In this document: positions 26,105 through 41,138 of the stretch, piece by piece | Layout: every line of letters begins with the position of its first letter | How positions within the stretch are numbered: the stretch's first letter is position 1 | Origin: Eledone cirrhosa | Lineage: Eukaryota | DNA: 64,000 nt | Assembly: GCA_964016885.1 (NCBI GenBank) | Contig: OZ024740.1 | Span: 170,066,001-170,130,000 of the forward strand | Direction: 5' to 3' | Notes under the pieces: generated by a model | Databases searched by the model: none | What the model saw: the letters and a program-made list of their open reading frames with translations, nothing else | Told to the model about the DNA's origin: nothing | Program-made: the position numbers and the translations under genes

Positions 26105-26290
26105 AGGTGGATTGGCAGAATCAGTAGAGCGTCAGACGCCATGCTTTGTGGTATAGAGTCACGGCCCTTTACGTTCTGAGTACAAATCCCGCCGAGGTTA
26201 GCTTTGCCTTTCACCCTTACGGGGTCGATAAAATAAAGCACCAGTAATACACTGGGGGTTAATTCTGGCCTTGTGCCAAATGTGGAAATA
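26105..26290 (+). mobile_element. tRNA-derived SINE (octopus-type)
   Basis: A box tggcagaatcagtagagc, B box gagtacaaatccc, body gccgaggttagctttgcctttcacccttacggggtcgataaaataaagcaccagt...ggccttgtgcc. Confidence 0.8.
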
Positions 26291-26309
26291 ATTATTAGAC
26301 ATCTGTGGA

Positions 26310-26520
26310 GCCAGTGGATTGGCAGAATTGGTTGAGCGTCGAATAAAATTCCTTTGTTATGCATTCTGGATTTTTACATTCTGAGTTCAAATCCAGTCCA
26401 GGTTAACTTTGCTTTTCATCCTTCCGTGGTTGATAAAATAAGATACCAACAAAGTTATTGGATTAATATAATACCAACACCCCATCATCAAATTGCTGGT
26501 CTTGTGTCTAAATTAGACTA
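26310..26520 (+). mobile_element. tRNA-derived SINE, tandem copy
   Basis: Same A/B boxes and body as 26105. Confidence 0.75.
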
Positions 26521-26964
26521 CATTGTTAGACGCCAGTAAACGATCTTCCGAAAGAAACAGAATATTACAATATGCGAAATTCCTTTTTTCTTTCAGATAT
26601 GGAAACTTTGGAATTTTGAATGTGATCCCTGTTTACCTTATAATGGAAATAATAATTTTGGTCATTGTAAATAATTTTCGTTTACATGCATAGCAATAGG
26701 ATTTCTAATCATTGAATGGCGCTAAGAGGTGCCCACTGCAAAGAAGGTAACGGCATTCATATGCCCAACAGTTTCGATGAAACATTTCTTTGTAATTTGT
26801 GAAAATACAATCATCGACTGTATCAAAATGACAAACAGAAAAGAAACTGATGTTGCAATTACAATCACAAACGTCTGTAATACCAACTCCATGTTGCATA
26901 TTCAAGTTAGAGTAAACCAGTATATTTTCTATATTGAATCATACTTTAGAACTCTTGTTAGCAT

Positions 26965-27150
26965 CGGTGGATTGGCAGTATCAGTAGAGGGTCGGACGCC
27001 ATGCTTTCCAGCATAGTTACGCCCCTTTACGATCTGAGTTCAAATCCCGCCGAGGTTGACTTTGCCTTTCATCCTTACGGGGTCGATAAAATAAAGTACC
27101 AGTAATGCACTGGGTATTTGCTGGCCTTGTGCTTAAAGTAGAGACAACTA
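26965..27150 (+). mobile_element. tRNA-derived SINE
   Basis: ggattggcagtatcagtagag...gagttcaaatcccgccgaggttgactttgcctttcatccttacggggtcgataaaataaagtaccagt. Confidence 0.8.
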
Positions 27151-27640
27151 TTTAATGTTGTTAATGTTTAAAGTTGATCCAGCTGCATATCTAAAACAAT
27201 ATATTATCATATTTATTTCAGTACAGTGGCGCGTGATTTATACTAATTCTGGCTGATGGTTCTAGCAGACTCAATGACCCTGTAGTAGTTCTTTGTCGGC
27301 TTGAATGCTTTGTATTAAAGGGGAATTCAAGATGTGAAGTCATTAGAAAAAAAAGATGTTTGTTGTATATCAAAGGTGTAAAGATTTAATAAACGTTGAT
27401 GAAGGTGACTTCAGTAAAATACTATAAAACAAGCAGACGCTTTGTTGTTTTGTTTCTTAAATTACACGATATATTACATAAGGAAAGGCTTTCGGGCGTG
27501 CTGAAGCAGAGTTTAACTTGGTGCACAAAATAATGATAAACCAAGTTTATGATCTGGATTAATCGTAAAACTAGAAAGGAGAAACACGTAACACTCCCAC
27601 ACAAAAACGCAAAAATACACACACAAAACAGACCCCCCCC

Positions 27641-27683
<43 letters not shown>

Positions 27684-27972
27684 AATAAAATCACAGTTTA
27701 ATGATTGCTGATTGAATAGGGATTTCGAAACTAGAAATAGGTAGCAACTTAATCATTACCATGCTAGTTGAACGATACATCGATCAACACACACACACGC
27801 ACAAAGGAGAATCCCTGACACCTTCCTGATAGCAGCTGTGGCGGAGGAGTTCTTATTACGGAGTCAGCGGATGGACTGCCAGAACATTCTATTTGCTGAC
27901 CTGAAGTGCGAACTTGGTTGATTAAATTGAATTGGCAGTAGCACCTCCAATTATATATATATATATATATCT

Positions 27973-28091
<119 letters not shown>

Positions 28092-28099
28092 TGCGCACT

Positions 28100-31000
28100 C
28101 AAAATAGGACTGAACCCTTTATACATAGAAACCCGAAGATTAACTTGAAGGACCACAAAAAAATGTTGAAGTTCAACTACCAGTCAGACTCATCGCACTA
28201 TCTAAATCAGATTTAGGCATAATTAGCAAGCATTTACTAGAGAGAATTATACCACTACTTAAGGAAAAATCACACCTTAAACTATGGAACGGTACTAGTG
28301 AAGTAATAGATTGGTTTTAAAATATAAAATTAAAACATAAGAAAAAATGTATTCAAATGGATATTGCAAATTACTACTCCTCTATTACCCCTAGCTTACT
28401 TAATAAGGCACTTTTCTACGCTTCTAAACATACAGACCTATCTAGTGAAGAAATGAATATAATTCTAACAGCACGTAAAACCCTAATAGAATTTAATAAT
28501 CATCTCTGGACAAGAGCCGACAGAAAAAAAACAATTTTGATATCACTATGGCATCATCTGACTCGGCGCAAGTAACAGACCTCGTTGGATTATTTATCAA
28601 TAATGTACTGCATAGAAAAATGCTAGAGATGACCGGAGGTTTATATCGCGACGATATGTTACTTTTAATTGAAAACCATATCAATAGGGAAATTAATATA
28701 AAAAAGAAATCCATAATTCCTATTTTTCAACAACTACAACCTTAATTTAGAAATTGAGAATAATTATAAAATCATTAACTTCTTAGATGTAACCTTAAAC
28801 CTTAGCTCAGGTCTTTCCTATCCATTCCATAAAATTAACGAAAATCTAAATTACGTAAGTTTCAATTCTAATCATCCTCGGAATATAAAAAACACTATTG
28901 TCAATAGCGTCCAGCATCTCTGCTAATAAAAATATTTTTGATGATAAGGCAGAATATTACAATGAATATTACATAGAGCAGGATACTCGAATAAAATCAG
29001 ATACTTAGATAACAATAACATGATAAATCATCCATTATAATAACAATAAACAATTCTACTTAAATAGTAAACTAAACCAAACAAAAAACTAGAACTAGAA
29101 ATATTATTGGGTACTCTCCCCCATTCTCATTAGGCTTTAAAACACCTTTAGCAAAGCTATTTTTTAAAGCACTAGATAAGTGTTTTCCTAAAGCCCACAG
29201 ATACCACTCTATTTTTAACAGACACACTATAAAACTATCCTACTCTACTACTATGAACATAGCACAAAATATAAATAGAATTAATAATAGAAACTAAAAT
29301 TTAAACCCTAATCAAACAAACCAAGATAGCAATAATAATATTTCTAACAACAATATTCGTAATAATAGTACCGAATTAAATCAAACTGCCCTTTACAAAA
29401 TAATTGCTTAGACAAAAACGTAATTTATAAATGCACAGTTAAAACTAGAGACAAAATATTTAACTATATAGGTGCCACTTCTACAAAATTGAAAGTACGC
29501 TGGTACAAACACTAACATACATTTAATAGGTCCAATAAAAAATCTTCCACTTCCCTTTCACATCTAATTTGGAATTTAAAGGACAACAATATAGACTATT
29601 CAATATCTTGGGGAACGATTTCGAAAGCACCTACATACCGAATTATGGCTTTCTCTAGAATCTGTCATTTGTGTATCGAGGAAATTGTTTTTATAATTAA
29701 CTGTCAAAACTCTATTAATTTAAAAACAGAATTATTTTCTTGTTGCAGATATCGCCAAAATTCCACTTTCCGAAGTATTTTTATTCTATGATATTCATTA
29801 CACTTGACTATATATTATATACCTTTAAAATGATCCTATTATTTACTGAGTTTTTCTTTAAAATTTAAAAATGTTTAAATGATCTTCCTTCTTAAATTTA
29901 TTATTTTTAACATTTGATATTTTTCCTAATGATACTCTTCTTAATCTATGTTTTAAATGTAGATTGATAATCTTTAATTGACATTCTGAAAGATATCCTC
30001 TTTACGATAGTTCTTCAAAATGCACACTTGACTTATCTAATAATACTTTTTTTCCTATTTTTAATCTTCAAACTTTTCACACATCTTTCGACGTAAATAA
30101 TATGTAATTGAAATTCTCATCCTTGAAAAACATATAATATAAAATACCTTATAATCTCCCACAAAATAATATATAATTTTCTCTACATACTTTGAGTAAA
30201 TCATTCATACTGAGTAAATCACTCATCAAATTTAATGGTTAGCAAATAAGATTGGAGTTATCTTTTTCTTTACAATTGAGCAAACATAGAAATGATAACT
30301 TGTATGATAAACTATATAACTTCGCTAAATTAACAAAATTCTGAAAACATTTTCAATGTTGGAACAAAATATTTGTATCTATAAATTCACCTCCTCTTAC
30401 AACTTGAACTACGTCTTTTTCTTAAATGTGTATGTAAAATGTAAAATCAACATCCTTCGTAACTCATGAAAAATATAAACAATTAATAATTGTGGTTTAT
30501 TTCTATAAAATCACCAATAATACTTCTACTTGCACAATTTTTAATCTATATAGATATTTATATACTTACAACCTGTTGTAATGTAATAAGATAAAATGTA
30601 CTTACAACCATAATTCTTCATATAATCTAATTGATTATATATACAATATTATAATACATAATTTAGCTAAATAATTTTTTTAAGTTCTGGAATCAAATTC
30701 CACCATTCCTACAAACTGTTAATTCTTTTTAAATTAACGTAAATACGAGCTCTTCGTTCTTTCTCTTTCTTCTTCCTACACATACGTATATCCTGATAAT
30801 TATTTAAATCTACCTAGCGTCTAAAAATAACGTTTTTTTTCAGCCCTATACCCCAAACTCATTTGTATAATGATGTTAATAATTTGAAATATTTGACTTT
30901 TCTTCTCTTTCCCTTCTTTCCTTTACTATCCAGGAAAAACTTAAACCGTTAGGATCTTCCTGGTTATGTCAATATTTATAAAACAAACTTTGTATTTTAT

Positions 31001-31100
31001 CTGATGAGGGCGTACCAAAGTATTGGTACCCTTGAAATATATATAATAGAATAAATATGGTTTTATAAATATAGTTTCCATTTATTTAATATCATTGAAT
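28100..31100 (+). mobile_element. Penelope-like element, degraded RT to GIY-YIG region plus ~1.3-kb AT-rich 3' UTR ending in an HHR and (TA)n
   Basis: LKDHK..LPVRLI, MDIANYYSSI, MASSDSAQVTDLVGLF, GGLYRDDML, INFLDVTL, SNHP, WYSPPF, NCP..NNCL..VIYKC..YIGAT, CHLCIEE; many frameshifts. Confidence 0.88.
30993..31053 (+). ncRNA. Type I hammerhead ribozyme at PLE 3' end
   Basis: TATTTTAT-CTGATGA-GGG(cg)TACCAA agta TTGGTACCC(tt)-GAAA-TATATA-TA-ATAGAATA: canonical core, 8-bp stem I with one G-U pair, palindromic stem III. Confidence 0.85.
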
Positions 31101-31422
31101 ATATATATATATATATATACAGGCGTCAACATGGCTATCCGGTTCAGTCGATTGTGAAAATACTATGTTATTTGGATACGCAATTTTACGATCAAACATT
31201 TTTACACGATAACGTTTTGTCTGTCTAAATTCATTGCAATTTAACCTCCTCCATTTTCTATACTTTGCTCAAACAACCGATATTACCTATTAATTGGTTT
31301 TCCTTACACACCTCCCTGTCTCTATATCTGCATCTTTTCTTCTCTGCATCGCTGTCTCCTATTCCTGCATCTAAATGCACAAGCATAGGTGTGTATATAT
31401 ATAAGCGTATATATATGTATAT

Positions 31423-32150
<728 letters not shown>

Positions 32151-32660
32151 AGTGAGTATGTGATTTTTTGTTTTTTTCTTTTTTTCTTTTTTTGTGAATG
32201 TGTCTGTTGATTTTTGGCATATAGTTGATTAGTTTAAGAGAAGTTCGAAGATAATGGTAAGATATGCACTCAGTATTTTGAATCTGTCTGCAGAATTCTC
32301 TAGACCTTTGTCACTTAGTAGAACCTTAATGACTTTAGCTTTTAAAGAATCTCCCTTTTCTTTAATTCTATCGACCATGACTGACCCCCCACTGACTTTA
32401 TAGACATCTGTTAGCTTAAGAGAAACTTATTGACAAGGAATGGTATGCCATCCGGAACCTGTTTATAGAATTCTGTCTGCCTTTGTTACTCTAAAAACAT
32501 AAATAAATATAAATAAAAATAAAAATAAACTATAGCCTTGTAGAATTAGCTTTTAATGAATTCCCTTTTCTATCAACCAATGACCTGCACCCATCCCACT
32601 CCCCACCCTCTCCTACCACTTGTAGAGACCTATAAATACCATATTTATTTTTTGATACCC

Positions 32661-32711
32661 AGATTCCTGATGATTTCTAATGAATGAAACAGTTCTAGTC
32701 CTGTAGAATCT
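32661..32711 (+). ncRNA. Type I hammerhead ribozyme in a solo PLE-like 3' end
   Basis: AGATTC-CTGATGA-tTTC taat GAAt-GAAA-CAG ttctagtc CTG-TA-GAATCT: perfect 6-bp stem I, GUA site, and (TA)n about 15 nt downstream. Confidence 0.88.
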
Positions 32712-33005
32712 CTTCTATATTAAAACTATATATATATATATATATATGTAAGAGAGTATTGAAGTTTGCTTGAAGCTTTGTGGAATAATAAGGTAAATTT
32801 CTTTACGTCGTTTGGAAGCCTCGACAATGCAGATGGGTAAATCTCCGGGTAACAAGATCCAGTGATGGAGAGAGACATGTAAGTGGGTGTACGTTGAGAT
32901 GCGTGGCGTGTAGAAGACTGTAGCGTGTAGAAGAATGTAGGAAAGAGCGTAAAGGATAAAAATAAAAATAACACGATAGAGTTACCTTGGGAGAGATTTA
33001 ATTGT

Positions 33006-33041
33006 CCCTATATATTTCGGATTCACATCAATCAACTGGGG
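33006..33041 (-). ncRNA. Hammerhead-like motif with CAGUUGA core
   Basis: Inverted copy of 34983-35018 with one stem II mismatch. Confidence 0.5.
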
Positions 33042-33255
33042 TTTCTCCGGGGGGGGGGGTTGTCTGTCTGAAAGGTGCGAAACGTGTCCTCCGCAGTTCG
33101 TTGTTTTGAATATCTGAGGTATTCAGCAGAGCGCGAGTGCGCGTGAAATGGGGTCGGTCAAACAGAGGTCGGCGGCCGAAATAGATCTTTCAATTGTGGG
33201 AGTGGGGTGGAGCTAGCTGTCAGTCCATAGTATTCTCTGCCTGTTTGGTGAATGT

Positions 33256-33295
<40 letters not shown>

Positions 33296-34982
33296 GTTGT
33301 TGTCTCGCTTGAGTGTGTGTGTGTGTGTGCGTGTGTTGTTGCCTTGTCCCTCTGTATTGGCAGTGTAGTGTGTTCGTATGGTGGAATGCTACTGTGTGTG
33401 TGTGTGCGTGTGTTGCTGTCTCGCTTGTGTGTGTGCGTGTGTTGCTGCATCGTTTGTTTACTTAAACCAACCACCTCATTTCGCTTCTCTCGGATCGGTT
33501 GTTTAATTGTGGCCCTAGGCGTTTGATCCAAAAAGCTTCCTTGATACGTAATGTGCCGACGTTTCTTTCTTTCGTTAGAATTGTGACAATGGGCCTTCCG
33601 TCTTTGTTTCCGCATTTGGCTATGTGTTTCCGGAAAGACGAGGCCCTGGTGTTAGTGTGCTCCTTGATCCGGATGTGCACCGACCGGATTGTGGTACCTA
33701 TATAGTATTGGTTGCACTTGTTACATTCTATCTTATACACGACGTATGTGCGTAGGCAACAGTTCCATGGCGCATCGGGCAGTCTCTGAGGGAGCACGCG
33801 TCAGTTGATTTCACGGGTTTCCTGGAGAGGCATCTTCGCAGGGAGGGGCCCGAGTGGGCCAAGTGGATGTCTAGGCCCTCCCTCCGTATAGCTTTGCGGA
33901 TAGCGTTGGTGCTATTCTCGCCCAGGTGTGGCATTTTAAGGAAGCACTTGGGTGCCTCTCTGTCTCTTGTGTCTGGTGTCTCCTACTCTGTCTGTGAGTG
34001 AGGTAGGGTACCCGTTCGTCTCCAGTACCACGAGGAATCGCTTGGTATGAGTGACACCACTCGCAGGTTCGCTGAATCTGTTTTTGATTCGCGCGATCTC
34101 GTTCGTGATGTATCCTCTTTTGGCACTGTTAGGGAGGGCGGACTTGTAGTGGACGAACAGGTCCCTGCAGGCTGCCTTTCGGTAGAAGTTGCAGCGGATC
34201 CCTCCCTGTTCCGTGATGTTGATTCGGAAGTCGAGGAGGCCAAGTGACCCGTCGTCGTTGGGGTGTTCAACACTGAAGTTAATGTTCTCGTCCGTGTTGT
34301 TGAACGTCTCATAGATTCTGTTCGCCATGTCTTGGGAAAATGTGAGGATGAGGATATCGTCCACGTACCTTGAGAAAAAGGCGAAGGCGTTGGGTTGGCA
34401 GGCGTTGAGAGCCTTGCGCTCGAGGCTGTCCAAGATGGAAGGCCCATTGTCACAATTCTAGCGACAGAAAGAAACGTCGCCACATTATGTATCAAGGAAG
34501 CACTTTGGATCAAACGCCTAGAGCCACAATTAAACAACCGATCCGAGAGAAGCGAAATGATGTGGTTGGTTTAAGTAAACAAACGATGCAGCAACACACG
34601 CACACACACACACAAGCGACACAGCAACACACGCACACACGCAAAGTAGCATTCCACCATACGAACATACTACACTGCCAATACAGAGGAACAAGGCAAC
34701 AACACACGCACACACATACACACACTCAAGCGAGACAACAACACACGCACACACACACACAGTAACATTCACCAAACAGGCAGAGAATACTATGGACTGA
34801 CAGCTAGCGCCACCCCACTACCACAATTGAAAGATCTATTTCGGCCGCCGACCTCTGCTTGACCGACCCCATTTCATGCGCGGCGCGCTCTGCTGAATAC
34901 CTCAGATATTCAAAACAACGAACTGCGAAGGATACGTTTCGCACCTTTCCGACAGACAACATTCCCCACCTCCCGGAAAAAA

Positions 34983-35018
34983 CCCCAGTTGATGGATGTG
35001 AATCCGAAATATATAGGG
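34983..35018 (+). ncRNA. Hammerhead-like motif with CAGUUGA core
   Basis: CCC-CAGTTGA-t-GGAT gtga ATCC-GAAA-TATA-TA-GGG: exact minimal type I topology with U4A and A6U substitutions. Confidence 0.55.
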
Positions 35019-35802
35019 ACAATTAAATCTCTCCCAAGTTAACTCTATCTCGTGTTATTATTTTTATTTTTATCCTTTACGCTCTTTCCTACATTCTTCT
35101 ACACGCTACAGTCTTCTACACGCCACGCATCTCAACGTACACCCACTTACATGTCTCTCTCCATCACCGGATCTTGTTACCCGGAGATTTACCCATCTGC
35201 ATTGTCGAGGCTTCCAAGCGACTTAAAGAAATTTACCATATATATATATTATATATATATATGGAGGGGGTGTATATGTGTCTGTGTGTTTGTATATTAA
35301 AAAAAAAAAAAAAAAAATAATAAAAAATATATATATAGAATATATAATTCTACGCATCTTTGTTTTAAAAATTAGACAATCATTTATGCAATCTATATCT
35401 CATTTATCACCATCATCACTATCATTATCATCATTATTATTTAAATTTACATTTCAGTTTTCATCTATTTAATTCATCTCTTCCTCTCATTCTTATTTTT
35501 CCTTATTCACCTCTTTGTTCTTACATTCTCTCATGTTTCCTGTCTTCAGATGTAATCAATGCACCTATCAATGCTACTCACATTTCTTTGTAATATCGTA
35601 AAAGGAAGAAAAAGAAATAGGAAAACAATTCATATGAATTCAAATCAACAGTATCCACAATTACGATTTAATATTAGGGGCTGTATATAGGAACAGATAC
35701 AGATACACACATACACACACAACCAAACATACACACACACATATATATTTACATATATACATATACTAACATACAGCTCTCATTTTCTCTCTTTACCCCC
35801 CA

Positions 35803-35900
<98 letters not shown>

Positions 35901-37359
35901 ATTCATGAATACATATATATATATAATATATAGTTGTTTTTAAGGTGTTAATATTCATTCCTATATAAATACAATACATATACACATGCACATGTATACA
36001 CGTAGATGCACATATACAAGCGCAGATTCGTGGAAGTTATTCCTTAGTTATACATCTTTCAAACTAAAACAATTTGCCTCTGATGTTTCAGCTGTAACCT
36101 GTTTGTATTGTTTTCGTCGATTTCAATGTAGAGGTGATTTTAGTTTTTTGTCAGCATTTATTTTAGTTATTTATTCTTTTTGTTGTTACGGCAGTTATTG
36201 TTTCGTTCAATCTCTGTTTTTGTTGCTCCTATTTTTACTCTTCATTGTTCTGTTATTGAGGTTTGTGTTGCGCATTTTAGTAAATTCATGTGTGTGGGCG
36301 TAGGGAGCTCTCTTGGCTTTAGAGCAATTCAGAGCCCGATTTATAAATGTATATTTGACTTGACTCTTTGTTTCTGATTCATTTACTTCCTATCATATAT
36401 AGATTTTTGAAATATTGTAATTAAAACATTCCTCTTTTAATATATCCGATGGATCCTCCGTAGGTTGCGGCGATGAGCTTTCAGCTGCTCGATCAACCGA
36501 TCGTCCAAATTGAGTATTTCACAGACACATGTGGCACAGAACGTATCCAACTGAATCGTCATGATACATTACGTGACAAGGATGGACTTTGATTTACAGG
36601 AGCAATCCATCCGAGGGGTTCCCACAGTTTCCGTCTATCTAATTTCACTTACAAGGTTTCAATCGATATGTGTCTAATTTAAAGTCCCCTTAGATGCCAT
36701 ACATTGTCACCGAAATCGAGACCTTATTATTCTGAAGTAAACGCCCTACCTTTTGACTACTTATCCACCAACATCTGTATCTTCTGTTTATTTAACATAC
36801 TTCCTATTTAAAACCAGGCAATTATACATTCTGCTTACAATGGGTTAGAATATGAAATTTAAATCTGTTGCTAAGACGTTCCTCCCACCTGTTGTTTACT
36901 TATAGGGAGCTGATATCCCCCTTCCATACTTTTTGTAGTGTTAAGCATTAACAAGCTACTGTGTATTGATCTTACTGAATGTTGGTATATAGATGCATGT
37001 CTATTTAAGAAACACTAGTATACCTTATAACGTGAGGTTTTATCTGCGTTAGACATGTCAGGCTGTCTTGCATTAGATTAATCAAAACTGTCTTTATGGC
37101 AATTTGAAAGTAACTTCATTACTTTTCTGACCACAATGTAATGTTAAAGAGTATATCTTATAAAAGCCCATGATGTATGTACAGACCCGTACCTCCTAAG
37201 GGAGTCGTAGGTGTGCCATATTGACATACGGTGTTTCTAGGACATTTTAGAACATTGCAGTACCTATCTCCTCTCCAGGTTTCAATACAGCAGATTTCTT
37301 CCAGAGAAGGATAGAGAATCAGAGAAAAGAAGAGATATCAAGGAGGAAACAACCCAGTA

Positions 37360-37680
37360 GTAAACTGGTATTTTTCTATGGTCCTAAAATGGATGAAAGG
37401 TAAAGTTGACTTCGACGGGCTTTGAACTCAGAGAGCAGAGAGTCGGAATCAATACAGCAAAGCATTGATAATTCTATGCCTACATTCTGATGTATAGCGA
37501 GTTGTGACATAACCTAGAGCGAGATCTGTTGATAAAATGGTAGAATCGTTAGAATTAAACAAAATGTTGAGGAGCATTTGTTTTGGTTCTTCTTGTGTGT
37601 GCTCTGAGATCAAATCCTATCGAGGTCAACTTTGCTTTTCATCTTTTCGTATTCAATGAAATACCAAGAAATACCCAGAG
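37360..37680. mobile_element. Two degraded tRNA-derived SINEs in opposite orientation
   Basis: ggatgaaaggtaaagttgacttcgacgggctttgaactcaga (minus) and gagatcaaatcctatcgaggtcaactttgcttttcatc (plus). Confidence 0.6.
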
Positions 37681-38906
37681 CAGTGGATTTAAGGAGTTGT
37701 TACAAAAAGTTGGACAATATGCTATGTAGTATTTGTGTTCCACTGATTTGCGTTCTGAATTCAAAGTTGGTTGAATTACTACGCCACCCAGTGTAACACC
37801 ACGACCGTCTTTTAGTCTGCTTTTAGAAGAGTTCTCCTGTTTTCAAGCGTTTGGATCATGTTACTGGTTTGGAGATAATTGCTTCCCTTCCTCTCTCCAG
37901 ACTCTGAAAGGAACGAACATACATAATAAATTAAAACCAAAAAATGGATTTGGTTTTGACGAGGTGCTGTGTGTTTGGTGTTCGGAAGACACTGAGATCA
38001 ATACTTTGCTACCTGTTAGCATGGGATTGTGCCACACACCCTATTGTAATACTATACTATAACTTTTATTAAACGATACATTTATTCTTCTGACCAGATG
38101 ATACCTTATTATTCCTCACTATATTGTTTTGCCGTTCTATCTTTATCGTCAAACCATAAACTGTTCCTGCTCATCATAATTTGAAACACCTTGTATTAAA
38201 AGCAACCACATTGCCACATGTCCCATAATATAACATTCAACTGATATTTGAATACATCATTGACAGTGCACATGAATATTTTCATGCAGAGTGCAAGATC
38301 TCACGCCCAATTTAATAAGTAGCTTTACGTTTAAAGTAATTCACTGAGCTACGACATTCAAAAGGTTTTGTCTATTATATTAATGTGATCTGTAAGTAGA
38401 ACACTACAGTCAGAGAATTCATCAAGGAGCATATCCAATGTTCGTTGTTCAGATATTAAATATTAGGAGAACATTACGATCACTTGATAAATCAATACAG
38501 GCATGTCTATTAACAGTACAATTCCATTTGTTTAGCCTACATTAATTCCCAATTGTGGCCCAATGTTATGGTTCAATGTCTGGCTTTAAACGACGTGACA
38601 TCATATAAATAATTCAGAGCATATACAGTTTATTTATTTTATAGAGGAAAATATAGGAACTAAATAAAGTAGAAGAATATTTCACAATATAGTGTGTCTT
38701 TGTAGTGCTGCGCCTGTGATTCCTATTTGTTTATTAATAACCTGATTGTTTTATCTTAAATACAGACACGTGTTGTGTTCTGTGGTATGATGAGCTCGAT
38801 AAAACACCGACCCACAGATGTATATATATATATATAGAAAAAAAGATGAAATCGAAAATGCAACTGGAGTCTTATTTTTTTTAAAAATATATATATTTAT
38901 TTGGTT

Positions 38907-38943
38907 CCTTTACCGGTTTCACAGTTCTTCTGCTTTTCAAAAG
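38907..38943 (-). ncRNA. Minimal hammerhead, U3-A8 core
   Basis: Reverse complement of 39021-39057. Confidence 0.7.
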
Positions 38944-39020
38944 TAGAGTTGAGATGGAGGGTCTGTGGTTTTTCTCACATCAGATGTGAGAAAAACCACA
39001 GACGCTCCATCTCAACTCTA

Positions 39021-39057
39021 CTTTTGAAAAGCAGAAGAACTGTGAAACCGGTAAAGG
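39021..39057 (+). ncRNA. Minimal hammerhead, U3-A8 core
   Basis: CTT-TTGAAAA-GCAG aagaa CTGT-GAAA-CCGG-TA-AAG. Confidence 0.7.
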
Positions 39058-39213
39058 AACCAAATAAATATATATATTTAAAAAAAAAATAAGACTCCAG
39101 TTGCATTTTCGATTTCATCTTTTTTTCTTTATACTTTCACTCGTGTAGGACACCTCGGTTATTTTTCATTTTGTTAAAAAAACCTCACTTTCTAATATAT
39201 ATATATATATATA

Positions 39214-39929
<716 letters not shown>

Positions 39930-39930
<1 letters not shown>

Positions 39931-40826
39931 TGATACTCAAAATCTCAGCAATGTCCAGTAGTGCTAAGTTTAATATTCTGATCGCAGATTTGGTACGAGT
40001 GATGAAGAATGTGTCCCGCATGTGCGACCCAACAGAAATGGAAAGACACATCCAACACTTCATCAACCGCATGCAGTTCTCTGGCTACAACCAAAGAGAC
40101 AGAGTCAGAGTATACGAAGGAGCCATGGAAAAGTATAAGACCCTCATAGAACTGGACATGAAAGGAATTTGCCCACTATACAGGAGCAAATCATGGAATA
40201 GCTTAGATAGGGCTAGACATAAGATAGGGAAGGCCACATCATGGTACGACAACCAGAGATATCAGAGTGTCATGTTTGTGGACGCCACCCCTGGAGGGAA
40301 ATTAGCTAACCAGTGTAGAAAGGCCCTGAGAAAGACCCACTTAAAAATAAAGGTGGTAGAAAAGCCAGAAACCACCATAAAATCCCTGATCAGCAAAACC
40401 TACCCTTTTAAGAAAACCCACTGTACCAATAGGAAATGTATCATATGTAAGGTGAACCCCCGGATAAACTGTAAAACTAGAAACGTAGTCTATAGCATAA
40501 GATGTACAGAGGGTACTTGCAGAAACATGACAACAACATACATAGGTGAGACAGCTCGTAGCATAGGTGAAAGGATAGACCAACACTGGGGGGAACTAAA
40601 AGGACGAAAAAACGGGTCAGTACTATACGAACATGCTAGACAACAACATGACGGTAACATAGACAACATAGAAATTAGAATAATATCTAAACATAGGAAT
40701 GACCCAGCAGATAGGCAGATCAGAGAGGCCAGTGAAATAGAAATTAGAAGACCAAAGCTAAACAGAAAGTATGAGTGGAACAACAACAACACCCAAACAA
40801 ACAACACTGACCTAAGAGAAGTATAA
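39930..40826 (+). CDS. PLE RT thumb/linker plus GIY-YIG endonuclease (5'-truncated)
   Basis: MQFSGY...PLYRSK.W...SVMFVDATPGGKLA...IKVVEK...CTNRKCIIC..NCKTRNVVYSIRC...TYIGETARSIGERIDQH...LYEHA..H...RQIREASEI....PKLNRKYEW. The ORF-track N-terminus (YIYI) is microsatellite read-through. Confidence 0.88.
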
Positions 40827-41100
40827 ATAAGTAAATAAAATAAAATAAGATAAATAAATACATACACAAGCACAATAACAACAAGCACATAAACACACAC
40901 TAGTCACCCAGCAGACACAACACTATACACACTAGTCACACAGCACACATAACACTATGCACACACGCAAACGCATGCGCAAAGAAGACAAAATAAAATA
41001 AGATAAACAAACAAGCAAATAAATAAATAAATATATAGACAGACTGAATAAAAAATGGCGTAGACATACAACACAACAGGAGGAACAAAGAATATAACAC

Positions 41101-41138
41101 CACTGACGTTGTTGCAGATGTGCAACGAAAGATTTATG
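41101..41138 (+). ncRNA. Minimal hammerhead-like motif (A9U, short stem I)
   Basis: CA-CTGACGT-t-GTTGCA gatg TGCAAC-GAAA-GATT-TA-TG; positional homolog of the HHR at 45217. Confidence 0.55.

Larger units (their letters stand above)
32748..35238 (-). mobile_element. Penelope-like element, 5'-truncated in RT, with inverted ~0.8-kb 3' copy
   Basis: Minus ORFs read RYVDDILIL..FSVEH..LGLLDF..FYRK..HYKSALP (33936..34433) and CLRTYVVYKIECNKCNQYYIGTT.R.V.IRIKEH...EAFWI..PQLN (33462..33797). 32790-33604 is the reverse complement of 34432-35238. (TA)n on both flanks. Confidence 0.92.
38836..39195. mobile_element. Fold-back palindrome of a short non-coding HHR element in (TA)n
   Basis: Arms 38836-38981 and 38983-39128 are reverse complements (about 3 mismatches) with a 1-nt spacer at 38982. 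The right arm continues to 39195. Confidence 0.9.
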
